Assembly: GCA_043822705.1 (NCBI GenBank)
Contig: JBDRBK010000115.1
Span: 59,800-123,799, forward strand
Source of the DNA: Fidelibacterota bacterium
Lineage (GTDB): Bacteria > Fidelibacterota > Marinisomatia > Marinisomatales > TCS56
DNA length: 64,000 nucleotides
Direction: 5' to 3'
The stretch's first letter is position 1; each line of letters begins with the position of its first letter. The notes under the pieces are model-generated. The model worked only from the letters and a program-made list of their open reading frames with translations. It ran no database searches and was not told where the DNA came from. The position numbers were made by a program, and so were the translations under genes. Shown here piece after piece: positions 39,712 to 49,401 of the stretch.

Positions 39712-40749
39712 ATGAAGAAATCCCTTCTTTGGACCGGAGTACTGCTGTTGATCGCCTGTACGACCAAGGCGCCCCAATATCCCTGGGCGAATCTGACGTT
39801 CCCGGAAGCCCAGGCCGCTGCCGGTGAAAAGCTGATCATGCTGGACTTTTACACCGAATGGTGAGGGTGGTGCAAACGGCTGGATGCCGATGTATTCCCC
39901 GATCAGAATGTGATCGATTTCGCCGCTGAAAATTTAATCAGCCTGAAAATTGATGCCGAAAAAGATGCCGGCCCGGAGCTGCGTGATCGTTTTCGTCTGC
40001 CAGGCTATCCCACAATTGTATTCACCAACGCCGCCGGCAACGAAGTGGACCGGATCGTCGGTTATCGTCCGGTCGATATTTTCCTGGCCGAGTTGACCAG
40101 AATCCGGGCTAACCGCGGCACCATTGCCGACCTGACTGCCCGCTTCGAGGCCAGTCCCGCGACCGACTCGCTGGCGGTGCGGATTGCGGAAAAATATGAG
40201 GAGCGCCAGGATCGGCTGGCGGCGCTGTCTTACTGGTTGAAGGCGCTGAATATCCCCGATGGCGATCAGGAAATGGCCCGTTACCGGGTCGCTTCCAATC
40301 AAACCCTGCTGACAGAATCGGACCGGTCCCTGAAGGAATATCTGGCCAGTAGTGCCGATGAGACTTATTTCGCCGATGCCTATAATGTACTGCAGCGGTT
40401 TTACCGTAGTCAGAAGGACACGTCAGCCGAAGTGGATATCTATGTCCGGTTGATGGAATTTCTGGAGCACGAGTCCGCCGCCACTTCCGCCGATCTGAAC
40501 GGCTATGCCTGGCGGATGTCGCAACTGGGAATCAACCTCGAAGACGCTCTGATTAAGATTCGTAAAGCGGTCGCTCTGGCTGCTGACAAATTGCCGGAAG
40601 ATCGGGCCGGCTTAATGGATACGGAAGCGGAGGTGCTCTGGAAACTGGGGCGTAGCGCTGAAGCGCTGGCGATCATCGAACAGTGCATCAAACTTCAGCC
40701 GGAAGACCAGTATTTCAAGGATCAGAAAGCCAAGTTTCAGAAACAGTAA
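39712..40749 (+). CDS. Selenocysteine-containing thioredoxin-fold lipoprotein with C-terminal TPR-like repeats (345 aa, Sec at residue 51; TGA 39862-39864 recoded)
   Basis: AGGAG RBS; lipobox LIAC; DFYTEW-TGA-GWCKRLD in frame with the 39910-40749 ORF; GYPTIVF cis-Pro loop; SECIS-like hairpin follows. Confidence 0.88.
39865..39900 (+). promoter_or_regulatory. Putative bacterial SECIS element
   Basis: GGGTGG-TGCA-aa-CGGC-[TGGAT]-GCCG-a-TGTA-TTCCCC. The apical loop starts 16 nt after UGA and has G at loop position 2. Confidence 0.75.
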
Positions 40750-40774
40750 TTCGCTATAATTTAATTATTGAAAT

Positions 40775-40809
40775 CGGATGCCATCAGCCGGTTGGGCTGA
40801 TGGCATCCG
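40775..40809. terminator. Perfect 15-bp hairpin between convergent genes (bidirectional terminator or REP)
   Basis: CGGATGCCATCAGCC-GGTTG-GGCTGATGGCATCCG. Confidence 0.65.
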
Positions 40810-40968
40810 CGCGTTTAGAAGATATTGATTCGAATCACTTCCAGGATCAATCCCAGCATGAACAGCGATCCCCAACGCCGGTTATGATAGAAGGTCTGGC
40901 CGACGAGCCAGATCGAATGGTAACCGAGAATAAAGTCATTGCCAGAACCGTTGCCCTGATACTGCCCG

Positions 40969-41388
40969 TTACCGATCATTCAAGTCCGGATCGACTTGGC
41001 GCGGTAAATCGTCATTGAATTCGAGCCAGTCCACGTGGGTGTCGAAATAGACGTGGATCGTCGGTTGCCGATCGATGGGGTCGTTCATATTGGACAGGGA
41101 AATGTGCATTTCACTGGGCCATTTGGTCGATCTGAACAGAATTTGACTGCCGCAGGTTGTGCAGAATCCGCGTTGCGATTCCGGTGCTGAAAAATACCAT
41201 TTAACCTGCTCTTCTCCGGCGATGAAGCGGAATTGTTCGGTGGCGACCCCGAACCAGGTCACGAAAGCGGCTCCGTGGCTGCGGCGGCAGAGGGTGCAGT
41301 GGCAGTGGGCGCACCATTTAGTGGGCAGGGTGATTTCAAATTTGACGGCGCCGCAGAGGCAGGCGCCGGCGGCGGTAGTTTCTGGCAT
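40969..41388 (-). CDS. GFA/CENP-V family (glutathione-dependent formaldehyde-activating enzyme-like) protein
   Basis: GACLCGAV, HCHCTLCRRSHG, RGFCTTCGS. Confidence 0.92.
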   Translation of the reverse strand: MPETTAAGACLCGAVKFEITLPTKWCAHCHCTLCRRSHGAAFVTWFGVATEQFRFIAGEEQVKWYFSAPESQRGFCTTCGSQILFRSTKWPSEMHISLSNMNDPIDRQPTIHVYFDTHVDWLEFNDDLPRQVDPDLNDR

Positions 41389-41392
41389 CGGT

Positions 41393-41960
41393 TTACTCCT
41401 TGACTATTTGAATCGCAAACCGGCAGACCGGATCGCCCTGCAGGACGCTTTGCAGCAGTTCAACCGTCACCGGCCGGCCGGTGATCGTTTCCCAGATATT
41501 CCATCAGATTACCGCTTTTGGGAATTTTAGTGGCGATGATCCGCTCCCCGTCGATGATACCGGCGGCGCCCCAGCCCTGAGCGACGATCCAGTCTACAGC
41601 GGTTGCATCTAATTCCAGCACATTGCGGAGATACGACTCGAACTGTGCCTGCAACAGCCGCTGGGCGCCGGCCAGGTCGGCGGTATTCCGGTAGTAGGCG
41701 GCAATTGGTTCCAAATTCTCGACCGGGTAATGACAGGCACAGCGGGTCATCACAGCACGGCAGGTGATTGCAGGTAGTGACCGGTCTAGTCGCGCCATGG
41801 CAGCACAGGACCATTCGATAATTTCGACGGTGGTCGATTCATCGGATAGATTTTCATTACCGGTGGCGATTTGCCGACGGATTTCCGGTCCGGCTACCGC
41901 ATCCAGGGCGCTGCCGAATTTCCGTTGCCAAGCCTGCTCGAAATCGGGTCGGTCAGTCAT
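41393..41960 (-). pseudogene. DUF6144-like protein with an internal deletion/frameshift near 41497
   Basis: N-part (CACHYP, GWGAAG, IIATKIPKSG) is in one frame. The family-like C-terminus IWETITGRPVTVELLQSVLQGDPVCRFAIQIVKE* is in another frame (41497-41393) and ends just before the GFA gene start. Confidence 0.7.
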
Positions 41961-43563
41961 TTTCGATCCAGATCGGGTTAGACAGGCAGCGCCTACCGCT
42001 GGTGGTAGTCAAGGCGGCCCGTAGGTACCCCGAACCTCGGGGAAAGTCCAGCGCCTGCTTTGTTTCGGTCCGGAACTGCCCGTCGGACCAGTGCCTGGTC
42101 AATACCAGTTTTTCGCTGGTATCACCAATATGACCGTGATAAACCAGCAATTCGCGCAAGGCGCCGAATTCCACTGACGATCGACACTCGGCCAGCAGGG
42201 TAAATTGCCCGCCGGGAATGACGTCGCCCAGCGAATACTCGCGGTCGGTGACGGCGGTCAGTAACAGGGCTGGTCCGTCGCTGACGATGCAGCGCCCCCG
42301 ACGGATTCCTGTCAGGATATTTCCCGCAGTCAATTCGCCCGAACGCAGGACGCCGGTGCGCCAGCGCCCCAGAATCTGGTCGCCGTGGTGGCGGGTGCTG
42401 ACCATGGGCAGGCCGATCTGGTGAAAATGATTGAAATTACCGTGGGCATCGTTACCGGCAACAATGGTGGTGCGCCGCCCGGACAACAGCAGCCGTATCC
42501 AGTGACGCAGACCGCGATGGGCGCCCCTGTCCCAGGCGCCGTTGACGATCTGGAATCCGGCCAGACCGGCCGTGCTCCGGTCCGCCTGCTCCCAGCGACC
42601 GCGGCGGATCAGCAGCCATTCCAGCGGCGGTGTTACCACGCCGGGATGGGCCGCGATCGCCAGTGCGTCCGGTCCCAGCAATTTGAGCACGCCGGCGATG
42701 TCGTGCTCGGACCGGTTTTGTCCCCAGACTTCGGCGCCGTCGCCGGAACCGGCGATGAAATCAGCATGGTTATATACCAGCAGGTGGACGTTGCGACCGC
42801 GGGCATTGCGCACCGTGACCTCTTCCGCCGGCAGCAGGAGCAGTCCGGCACTGGTGTTGAGTGCCGCGATTTCAGTCCGAGACCGTCGCCATTTTTGCAG
42901 CTCCGGGTCATTGATTTTCCAGGAGTCGTTGGTGTTGTCCAGGTCGTAGGAATGGTCGGAGACGGCCACAAAGTCGAGGCCCAGGGCGGCGGCGGCGGAC
43001 CGGGTTGCTGTCAGCGGTGCGCCGAATTCGACGAAATCTTCGGTGAATGAGCTGTGATAATGTAGGTCGCCCCAGAAATATTCCGTAGCTCCCGGCAATG
43101 GCTCGGCGGCAATGGTGGTCAGCAGCGGAAAGGCAGGCGAAGTCGGCACATTATGGTTGCGGACGCATTTGGGCCGGCCGTTGATTCGATAGGCGATGTC
43201 GGCGGCGATTGTCACCGGATCGGTCAACTCGCCGGTGGCGATGGTGATGATATCCTCGAACCAGGGATCGGTCAGCCGCCGGGAATATTTCTTTTCAGTG
43301 ACGATTTTACCACCGTTGTCGTCGGTCAGCACCAGGCGGACGTCCAGCAGGGTGATCGGGAAGCGGTGGGCATCCTTGATCAGGATCGTGACCGGCAGCG
43401 GCTGCCCCGGATTCAGGCGATGGGGGGCGTCGGCCAGGATTTCCGGCTCGCGACGGAAATAGCGGCTGAACGGGAAGAACCGGAAACGGTAGTGCATTTC
43501 CAGGTAACCGATAAAAATCAGCGACCAAAGCCAGTCCGGATTCATCTGATATTCGATTATCAT
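41953..43563 (-). CDS. PHP-domain (CehA/McbA-like) metallohydrolase
   Basis: WGDLHYHS, GLDFVAVSDH, AEEVT, AAHP, AGNDAH. Confidence 0.8.
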   Translation of the reverse strand: MIIEYQMNPDWLWSLIFIGYLEMHYRFRFFPFSRYFRREPEILADAPHRLNPGQPLPVTILIKDAHRFPITLLDVRLVLTDDNGGKIVTEKKYSRRLTDPWFEDIITIATGELTDPVTIAADIAYRINGRPKCVRNHNVPTSPAFPLLTTIAAEPLPGATEYFWGDLHYHSSFTEDFVEFGAPLTATRSAAAALGLDFVAVSDHSYDLDNTNDSWKINDPELQKWRRSRTEIAALNTSAGLLLLPAEEVTVRNARGRNVHLLVYNHADFIAGSGDGAEVWGQNRSEHDIAGVLKLLGPDALAIAAHPGVVTPPLEWLLIRRGRWEQADRSTAGLAGFQIVNGAWDRGAHRGLRHWIRLLLSGRRTTIVAGNDAHGNFNHFHQIGLPMVSTRHHGDQILGRWRTGVLRSGELTAGNILTGIRRGRCIVSDGPALLLTAVTDREYSLGDVIPGGQFTLLAECRSSVEFGALRELLVYHGHIGDTSEKLVLTRHWSDGQFRTETKQALDFPRGSGYLRAALTTTSGRRCLSNPIWIEND

Positions 43564-44024
43564 TGAATTAATAGCACCTGATTAGGCGCCTGAGAGTGCT
43601 GGAAAGATATTTGAGAAATATGAGAAATGGAATTGGTTTTACGATTAATAAGCTGGATATCTTTCCTTTACTCGTTCAATGCAGTCAACGCCGAAATCCA
43701 ATTTATACCGCGGTGGATTCCAGTCGATTCCCAGTTCTGCGTTGAAATGCGGTACATGTTCTATTTATTGGTTAGAAATGGAAAGAAATGCCCAATAAAA
43801 CATTCTTTGGTTCAATATGGTATGATTGCCATTTCTGCGTGGTTTTTCGGTCAAGGGTATAGCCTTGGTCCAAGTCGTTGGATTTCCAGTAACCAAGAAT
43901 ATTTTCTTCAAATGAATAAAAGAATAGGGTGCCGTATTCAGCATTAATGCTCAGCGAGGATGAAATAAAATATTCTATTCCAATAATGGTTGATATACCA
44001 ACTGCAAAATAGTTATTTGTTTTT

Positions 44025-44832
44025 GGTGATTATGCATTTTTCGGACCAAGTGTTGAATTCATTTGGTTATGCTGGAAATCATTAGAAAAATAATAGCTGG
44101 GAAACAGTGTCCGAAATGTGGTCATAAAACGTTGTACGTACTTAAAGACAAGCGCTTCAAATGTAGTGGGTGCAGCCACAAATACAGTCCCAGTCCGATT
44201 GCGAAGGACCTCCAACTTCTTCATTACTTCAGCTTGGAAATTCCGGCCAATAAAGCATCCAAAGACCTTGGTTGGAGTTACCACAAGGTTAAAAACCACT
44301 ATATGAATTACCGCCTGGATATTTTTGATTATCTGGTAGAGGAATATCGTAAACTGTCTGGTGAAATTGAATGTGATGAATCTTATTTTGGTGGACGAAG
44401 AAAGGGACCACGGGGACGTGGTTCTCGAGAGAAAGTAAAGGTATTCGGGATGTTGGAACGTCAGGGTAGAATACTCACCGCAATTGTTGATAACGTCTCT
44501 GCCGAAACTCTTATGAATGAGATCAGACAACATGCTGAAAAAGGAAGTGTGTTTTACACTGATAAGTTTAAATCCTATAAATCTTTGAGATTTTACGGCA
44601 AACATCTCACAGTTGATCATGGGAAAGAATTTGGGAATGGAAGACGGCATATTAATGGACTTGAAGGCTTTTGGTCCTTTGCCAAAGAAAGACTTTTGAA
44701 GTACCATGGAGTTAGTAAATCCTACTTCCATTTATACCTCAAAGAAATGGAATTCAGGTATAACTACAGAAAGGAAAATCTCTATCAAAAACTGGTCAAT
44801 ATTCACTTTGGTCCGAATTTTAACTAATTACC
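44025..44832 (+). mobile_element. IS1595-family insertion sequence (808 bp) with imperfect terminal inverted repeats and 8-bp TSD TTGTTTTT
   Basis: Left end GGTGATTATGCATTTTTCGGACCAAGTG; right end reverse-complemented GGTAATTAGTTAAAATTCGGACCAAAGTG; TSD at 44017-44024 and 44833-44840. Confidence 0.93.
44063..44827 (+). CDS. IS1595-family transposase
   Basis: Zn finger CPKC..CSGC, ECDESYFGG, GPRGRG, YTDKFKSY, HINGLEGFWS, YLKEMEFRYN. Confidence 0.95.
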   Translation: MVMLEIIRKIIAGKQCPKCGHKTLYVLKDKRFKCSGCSHKYSPSPIAKDLQLLHYFSLEIPANKASKDLGWSYHKVKNHYMNYRLDIFDYLVEEYRKLSGEIECDESYFGGRRKGPRGRGSREKVKVFGMLERQGRILTAIVDNVSAETLMNEIRQHAEKGSVFYTDKFKSYKSLRFYGKHLTVDHGKEFGNGRRHINGLEGFWSFAKERLLKYHGVSKSYFHLYLKEMEFRYNYRKENLYQKLVNIHFGPNFN

Positions 44833-45361
44833 TTGTTTTTTTATCTAAATAATAGCCGCCAGCTTTTGAATACTCAAATTCTTCTGTGGACTTACTGTAG
44901 CCAAAGTAAGGACCAATACCATATAATGGTTTTATATCACTAACGGTTTTTCCATAGCGGTTGAAATGGTTGGTGAGTACAATATCCAGCAGGTCTTTTT
45001 TCCGGTCGCAGCCGCCGGTTATATTATTACTTTCTTTACCGATTGATTTAGAGTAGGTAAAACTTAAGCCAATATCTCTGGATCGTTTTGGTCCATTGTA
45101 AACACGATATGTCAGGTTGAGTCCATTGTAGTCTGACAAGTTAATATCTTTTTCTACACCAAATTGGAGGGCGCGAGTCCTTGTGAAGACTGAATTATCA
45201 GTTGCTTTCCCAGTCGAAAAACCGATTGTGCAAAAGCAAAACAGCACTACCTTGGCAACCGTCAGACATGTAATATTCATAGCCTAATCCCCATTTAAAA
45301 AAGGTTGGTTTAAATCGTCATTTTACACGGTGATGCAGATTAAATATACTTAGTAATATTG

Positions 45362-45739
45362 TTACTGATCAGCATATTTGTTTCCGGATAAAGCCAGTCG
45401 GTAATACCAACTGATTAAAAACAATCCACCGATCAGGAACAGCGGTCCCGAGATACCGAAATAAGCGCTGATATGAAACCGCCCCCAGGCCCAGACAATA
45501 TAGAAAATCCCCAATCCGATATAGGCCACGGCACCAATCCAGGGCCGGCGCCAGGCCAGGATCAGGACAATCACGACCAGGTAGGTCGGTATCAGGTGAA
45601 TCAGAAAAGCCGCAATCGATTTCCAGAATCCATTGCCTGCGCCGAAGGAATCCAGGGCAAATAAGCTGATAAACAGGGCAAAAATAATTGTGATGATGCG
45701 GGGGGTCCAGAGCAGAATTTTTGTGGTACGATTATTCAT
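45362..45739 (-). CDS. Small four-TM membrane protein of unknown function
   Basis: GGAG RBS; WTPRIITIIFALFISLFALD, FLIHLIP, GPLFLIGGLFL. Confidence 0.8.
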   Translation of the reverse strand: MNNRTTKILLWTPRIITIIFALFISLFALDSFGAGNGFWKSIAAFLIHLIPTYLVVIVLILAWRRPWIGAVAYIGLGIFYIVWAWGRFHISAYFGISGPLFLIGGLFLISWYYRLALSGNKYADQ

Positions 45740-45957
45740 ACTGTTTACTCCAGAATTTCTGGTTTTAAACCTGTCGCCACCAGACAAGATCGACTGGCAC
45801 TAATTAAATGTACCAATTAATCTCACTTATAACCAAAAGGATTGAAATTGACCGACTGTGATCTAATCGTGCTCAACCAGTGGTGTTCAGCAATCGTTGG
45901 AATTGTACAGGTTATAATCAGCGCAACCTGTACGGTCTGTGGTTTAATTTCCGGCCA

Positions 45958-47247
45958 ATGAAAATCATTGCTATCGAACCGGACAGCCTGGGGGCCGAAC
46001 TGGAACTGCAACCCGGAGATGAATTGGAAGCAATCAACGGTGAGAAGGTGCGCGATATTGTTGATTTTCGGTTTCGGATCGCCAGCGAAGAGGTCACCCT
46101 GCGGTTTCGCAGCGGTGAGACGGTGGCGGAATTCGATATCGAAAAGGATTATGACGACGATCTGGGCCTGACGTTTGAAGATTTGAAAATCCGCAAATGC
46201 GCCAACGACTGCATCTTCTGTTTCGTCGACCAGAATCCCTCCGGGATGCGCCCGGCGCTGTACTTTCGTGATGGCGACTACCGCCTGTCTTTTCTGCACG
46301 GTCATTATGTGACGCTGACCAACATGGGTCCGAAGGAACTGCAGCGGGTAGTGGACCAGCGCCTGTCGCCGCTGTACATCTCGGTGCATGTCACCGATTC
46401 CGATAAACGGCTGGCGATGTTTCTCTACGGCAAGGACGACAAACTGCTGGACAAGCTGGAATTTCTGACCGCCAACGGCATCGCCCTGCATACCCAGATC
46501 GTACTCTGTCCCGGCTGGAACGACGATGCTTTTCTGGAGCAGACCCTGGCCGATCTGGCGCGCTTCTCGCCACGGATACTGTCGATCGCGATCGTCCCGG
46601 TGGGCCTCACCAAACACCGCGAAGGACTGCCATTCATCCCGGCGGTGGATCAGGAATACGCCCGGAATTTCATTGCTACCGCCTGTCAGTTGGATCGGCA
46701 GTACCGCAGTCCCGCAGGCGAACGGCTGATTTTTCTCAGCGATGAATGGTTCATCCGGGCGGGCGTCAATCTACCCGATTCCGCTTACTATGGCGATTTC
46801 GCCCAGGTCGAGAACGGCGTGGGGCAGGTCCGGGATTTTCTGAACACCTGGAAGGCCGATTTCAAGCCGGCCAAAATCCGATTGAAGCAACCGACCAGGA
46901 TTACCATCGGTTCCGGGTACCTGATCGAGCCGGTGTTTCGTGATCAGTTTGTACCGCACCTGCAGGCGGTTGACAACCTGGCGGTGGATTACGTGCCGAT
47001 CCGCAATGATTTCTATGGTGAATCGGTAACGGTCACCGGCCTGCTGACCGGTGGTGATATCGTGGCCCAGTTGCGGGGACGGGAACTGGGGGATATGGTT
47101 ATATTCAGTGAACGAATTTTAAGCGAAACCGGGGTCGTGACCCTGGATGATATGAGTCTGGAAACAATGACAACAGAATTAGGCGTGCCGGTGAAAGTGG
47201 TGGGCGACCATCCGCGGGAATTTTTCAGGGCGGTGAGCGGTGGCTAA
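45958..47247 (+). CDS. PDZ + radical SAM-like DUF512 protein
   Basis: N-terminal PDZ-like segment, CANDCIFCFVDQ, DGDYRLSFLHG, VPVGLT, QVENGVG, VTVTGLLTG; precedes der as usual. Confidence 0.92.
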   Translation: MKIIAIEPDSLGAELELQPGDELEAINGEKVRDIVDFRFRIASEEVTLRFRSGETVAEFDIEKDYDDDLGLTFEDLKIRKCANDCIFCFVDQNPSGMRPALYFRDGDYRLSFLHGHYVTLTNMGPKELQRVVDQRLSPLYISVHVTDSDKRLAMFLYGKDDKLLDKLEFLTANGIALHTQIVLCPGWNDDAFLEQTLADLARFSPRILSIAIVPVGLTKHREGLPFIPAVDQEYARNFIATACQLDRQYRSPAGERLIFLSDEWFIRAGVNLPDSAYYGDFAQVENGVGQVRDFLNTWKADFKPAKIRLKQPTRITIGSGYLIEPVFRDQFVPHLQAVDNLAVDYVPIRNDFYGESVTVTGLLTGGDIVAQLRGRELGDMVIFSERILSETGVVTLDDMSLETMTTELGVPVKVVGDHPREFFRAVSGG

Positions 47248-48559
47248 ACCGGTAATCGCCATCGTGGGTCGGCCCAATGTGGGCAAATCGACGCTCTTCA
47301 ACCGGTTGCTGAACGAACGGCGGGCGATCGTCGATGCCCAGGAAGGCATCACCCGGGATCGTTCCTACGGCGAGGTGGAGTGGAGTAATCATTACCTGAC
47401 TTTCATCGATACCGGCGGTTACATACCGGAAGATTTGGATATTTTCAATGCCGCCGTCCGGCGGCAGGCCCAGGTGGCGATCGGCGAGGCCGACCTGGTA
47501 GTGCTGATGGTCGACGGCCGGACGGCCCCGACATCCAGCGACCGGGCCCTGGCTCAGTTCGTTCGCGAAACCGGCAAGCCCAACCTGCTGGTCGTGAATA
47601 AATGCGACACGCTCGAGCAGGATGTTCAAATCGCCCAGTTTTATGAACTGGGGCTGGAAGAAATTCACCCGCTATCGGCACTCAGCGGGCGGCTTTCCGG
47701 CGACCTGCTGGATGCGATCCTGAAGAAACTTAACCTGCCGTTGAGCGGGACCGGCAAAAGTGACGACGACGAGCAGTTACGGCTGGCGATCGTCGGTATG
47801 CCCAACGTCGGCAAATCGTCCCTGGCCAACGCCCTGCTGCAGGAAGAAAAGACGATCGTGACGCCGATCGCCGGTACGACCCGCGACGCCATCGATTCCA
47901 CTCTGAAATGGTATGGTAAAACGATTATCCTGACCGACACGGCCGGCCTGCGCAAAAAGGCCCGTGTGAAGGACAGCATCGAATATTACAGCAGCGTGCG
48001 AACCGAACGGGCCATAGCCAATTCCCATGTGGCGCTGGTTCTGATCGATGCCACCAAAGGCTTCAGCACCCACGACCGGGCGATCGTCAGCCATGTGATC
48101 GAGCAGGGCCGGGGACTGATCCTGCTGGTCAATAAATGGGATCTGATGACCAAAGAAACCAACACAATGCGCGATTTTCAGGCCGAGATCGCCTACCAGT
48201 TCAAATCGCTGGAACATTATCCGCTGCTGTTCATTTCCGCCTTGACCCATCAGAGAATATCGAAAATTCTGACACTGGCGCAAAAAGTGCATGAAAGCTG
48301 GCGCCGGAAGGTGGGCACCCGCGAGCTGAATGAATTTCTGCAACAGGCCACCGATACCCTGCGGGTTCCGGCCGTCCATGGCAAGGTGATCACCTTGAAA
48401 TACATAACCCAGGTCACCATCGCACCACCACTTTTCGCCGTGTTCTGCAATTATCCCAAACTGGTCCCGGTGGCCTATCAGCGCTACCTGGAAAACCGCC
48501 TGCGGGAGAGTTTCGATCTGCAGGGCGTGCCGGTGAAATTGTCGTTCCGGAAGAAGTGA
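47240..48559 (+). CDS. der: Ribosome biogenesis GTPase Der
   Basis: Two G domains (GRPNVGKST/DTGG/NKCD and GMPNVGKSS/DTAG/NKWD), YQRYLENRLR. Confidence 0.98.
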   Translation: MAKPVIAIVGRPNVGKSTLFNRLLNERRAIVDAQEGITRDRSYGEVEWSNHYLTFIDTGGYIPEDLDIFNAAVRRQAQVAIGEADLVVLMVDGRTAPTSSDRALAQFVRETGKPNLLVVNKCDTLEQDVQIAQFYELGLEEIHPLSALSGRLSGDLLDAILKKLNLPLSGTGKSDDDEQLRLAIVGMPNVGKSSLANALLQEEKTIVTPIAGTTRDAIDSTLKWYGKTIILTDTAGLRKKARVKDSIEYYSSVRTERAIANSHVALVLIDATKGFSTHDRAIVSHVIEQGRGLILLVNKWDLMTKETNTMRDFQAEIAYQFKSLEHYPLLFISALTHQRISKILTLAQKVHESWRRKVGTRELNEFLQQATDTLRVPAVHGKVITLKYITQVTIAPPLFAVFCNYPKLVPVAYQRYLENRLRESFDLQGVPVKLSFRKK

Positions 48560-48626
48560 GCAAAGAGCAAAGAGATAGTGGATTGCCACAAAATTTTTTA
48601 CGCATAATACTTCTGATTTACACGGC

Positions 48627-49235
48627 ATGAGTAAAATACCGACCACCAGCGCCCGGATCACGTTCAAGGAAAAGCGTTCGGAATTCATCGGGATTATCGT
48701 GCCCTGTGAAAGCCAGCAGGAATTCAGCGATGACTTGAAGCGGCTGAAAAAGGAATTTCACGACGCCAGCCATATCTGCTGGGCTTACCGGCTGCGGCTG
48801 TCGACGGGGCCGGAAGAGCTTTCGTCCGATGCCGGCGAGCCGACGGGAACGGCCGGCTTGCCGCTGCTGAACGCCCTGCGGTCGGCGGAAATCGAGAACG
48901 GGGTGGTGTTCGTGATCCGCTATTTCGGCGGCACCAAGCTGGGTAAACGGGGATTGATGGAAGCCTACGGCGGCGCCGCCGAACAGGTCATTGCCTCCGT
49001 GAAAAAGGCCGTATACGAACATAAAGAAATCTACTGGATCGAGTGTCCGCTGGAATTCTACGGCGAGGCGCATCAGGCCCTGATTGGGGCCGGGGGACGG
49101 ATTCTGGTGGACCGGTCCACGGACCGGATTCTCTGGGATACGGAAATACCATCATCGGCGGTGAATGGATTGATAAGTGCTTTGCGGGACGGCACGCGGG
49201 GGGCGGCGATTTTGAAAAGAGAGGAGCGAACCTAA
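48627..49235 (+). CDS. yigZ: IMPACT/YigZ family protein
   Basis: EKRSEFI, ASHICWAY, SDAGEPTGTAG, RYFGGTKLG. Confidence 0.92.
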   Translation: MSKIPTTSARITFKEKRSEFIGIIVPCESQQEFSDDLKRLKKEFHDASHICWAYRLRLSTGPEELSSDAGEPTGTAGLPLLNALRSAEIENGVVFVIRYFGGTKLGKRGLMEAYGGAAEQVIASVKKAVYEHKEIYWIECPLEFYGEAHQALIGAGGRILVDRSTDRILWDTEIPSSAVNGLISALRDGTRGAAILKREERT

Positions 49236-49401
49236 CCAAACCAAGGAGGTTGTAGGATGAGTAGAGGGACGGTCCGCTCCTCTTCTGGTGCTTACGAGAG
49301 CTACCGGTGAAAGTTCCCGCGATAGGGACGGATTAGAGCTGCCACGGCCGGTATCTCGGAAAATTGGTTGTTACGCAAATAATCGACAAGGATTGAGTAG
49401 A

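Larger units (their letters stand above)
43772..45280 (-). pseudogene. Outer-membrane beta-barrel protein gene (230 aa when rejoined) disrupted by IS1595
   Basis: Removing 44025-44832 plus one TSD joins ...GGYYLDKKT to NNYFAVGISTIIGIEYFISSSLSINAEYG...VLLGISFHF* in frame; signal peptide and C-terminal Phe are present. Confidence 0.88.

Noticed and set aside
39682..39864. Stand-alone 60-aa ORF plus a separate 279-aa ORF, or a nonsense pseudogene
   Set aside because: The stop falls exactly at the catalytic Cys position and is followed by a SECIS-like hairpin, so a single Sec-containing gene is the better explanation.
43627..43947. 106-aa plus-strand ORF
   Set aside because: It overlaps, antisense, the 3' half of the IS-disrupted beta-barrel gene, which has clear protein features.
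44030..44731. 233-aa minus-strand ORF in the IS
   Set aside because: Antisense shadow of the IS1595 transposase.
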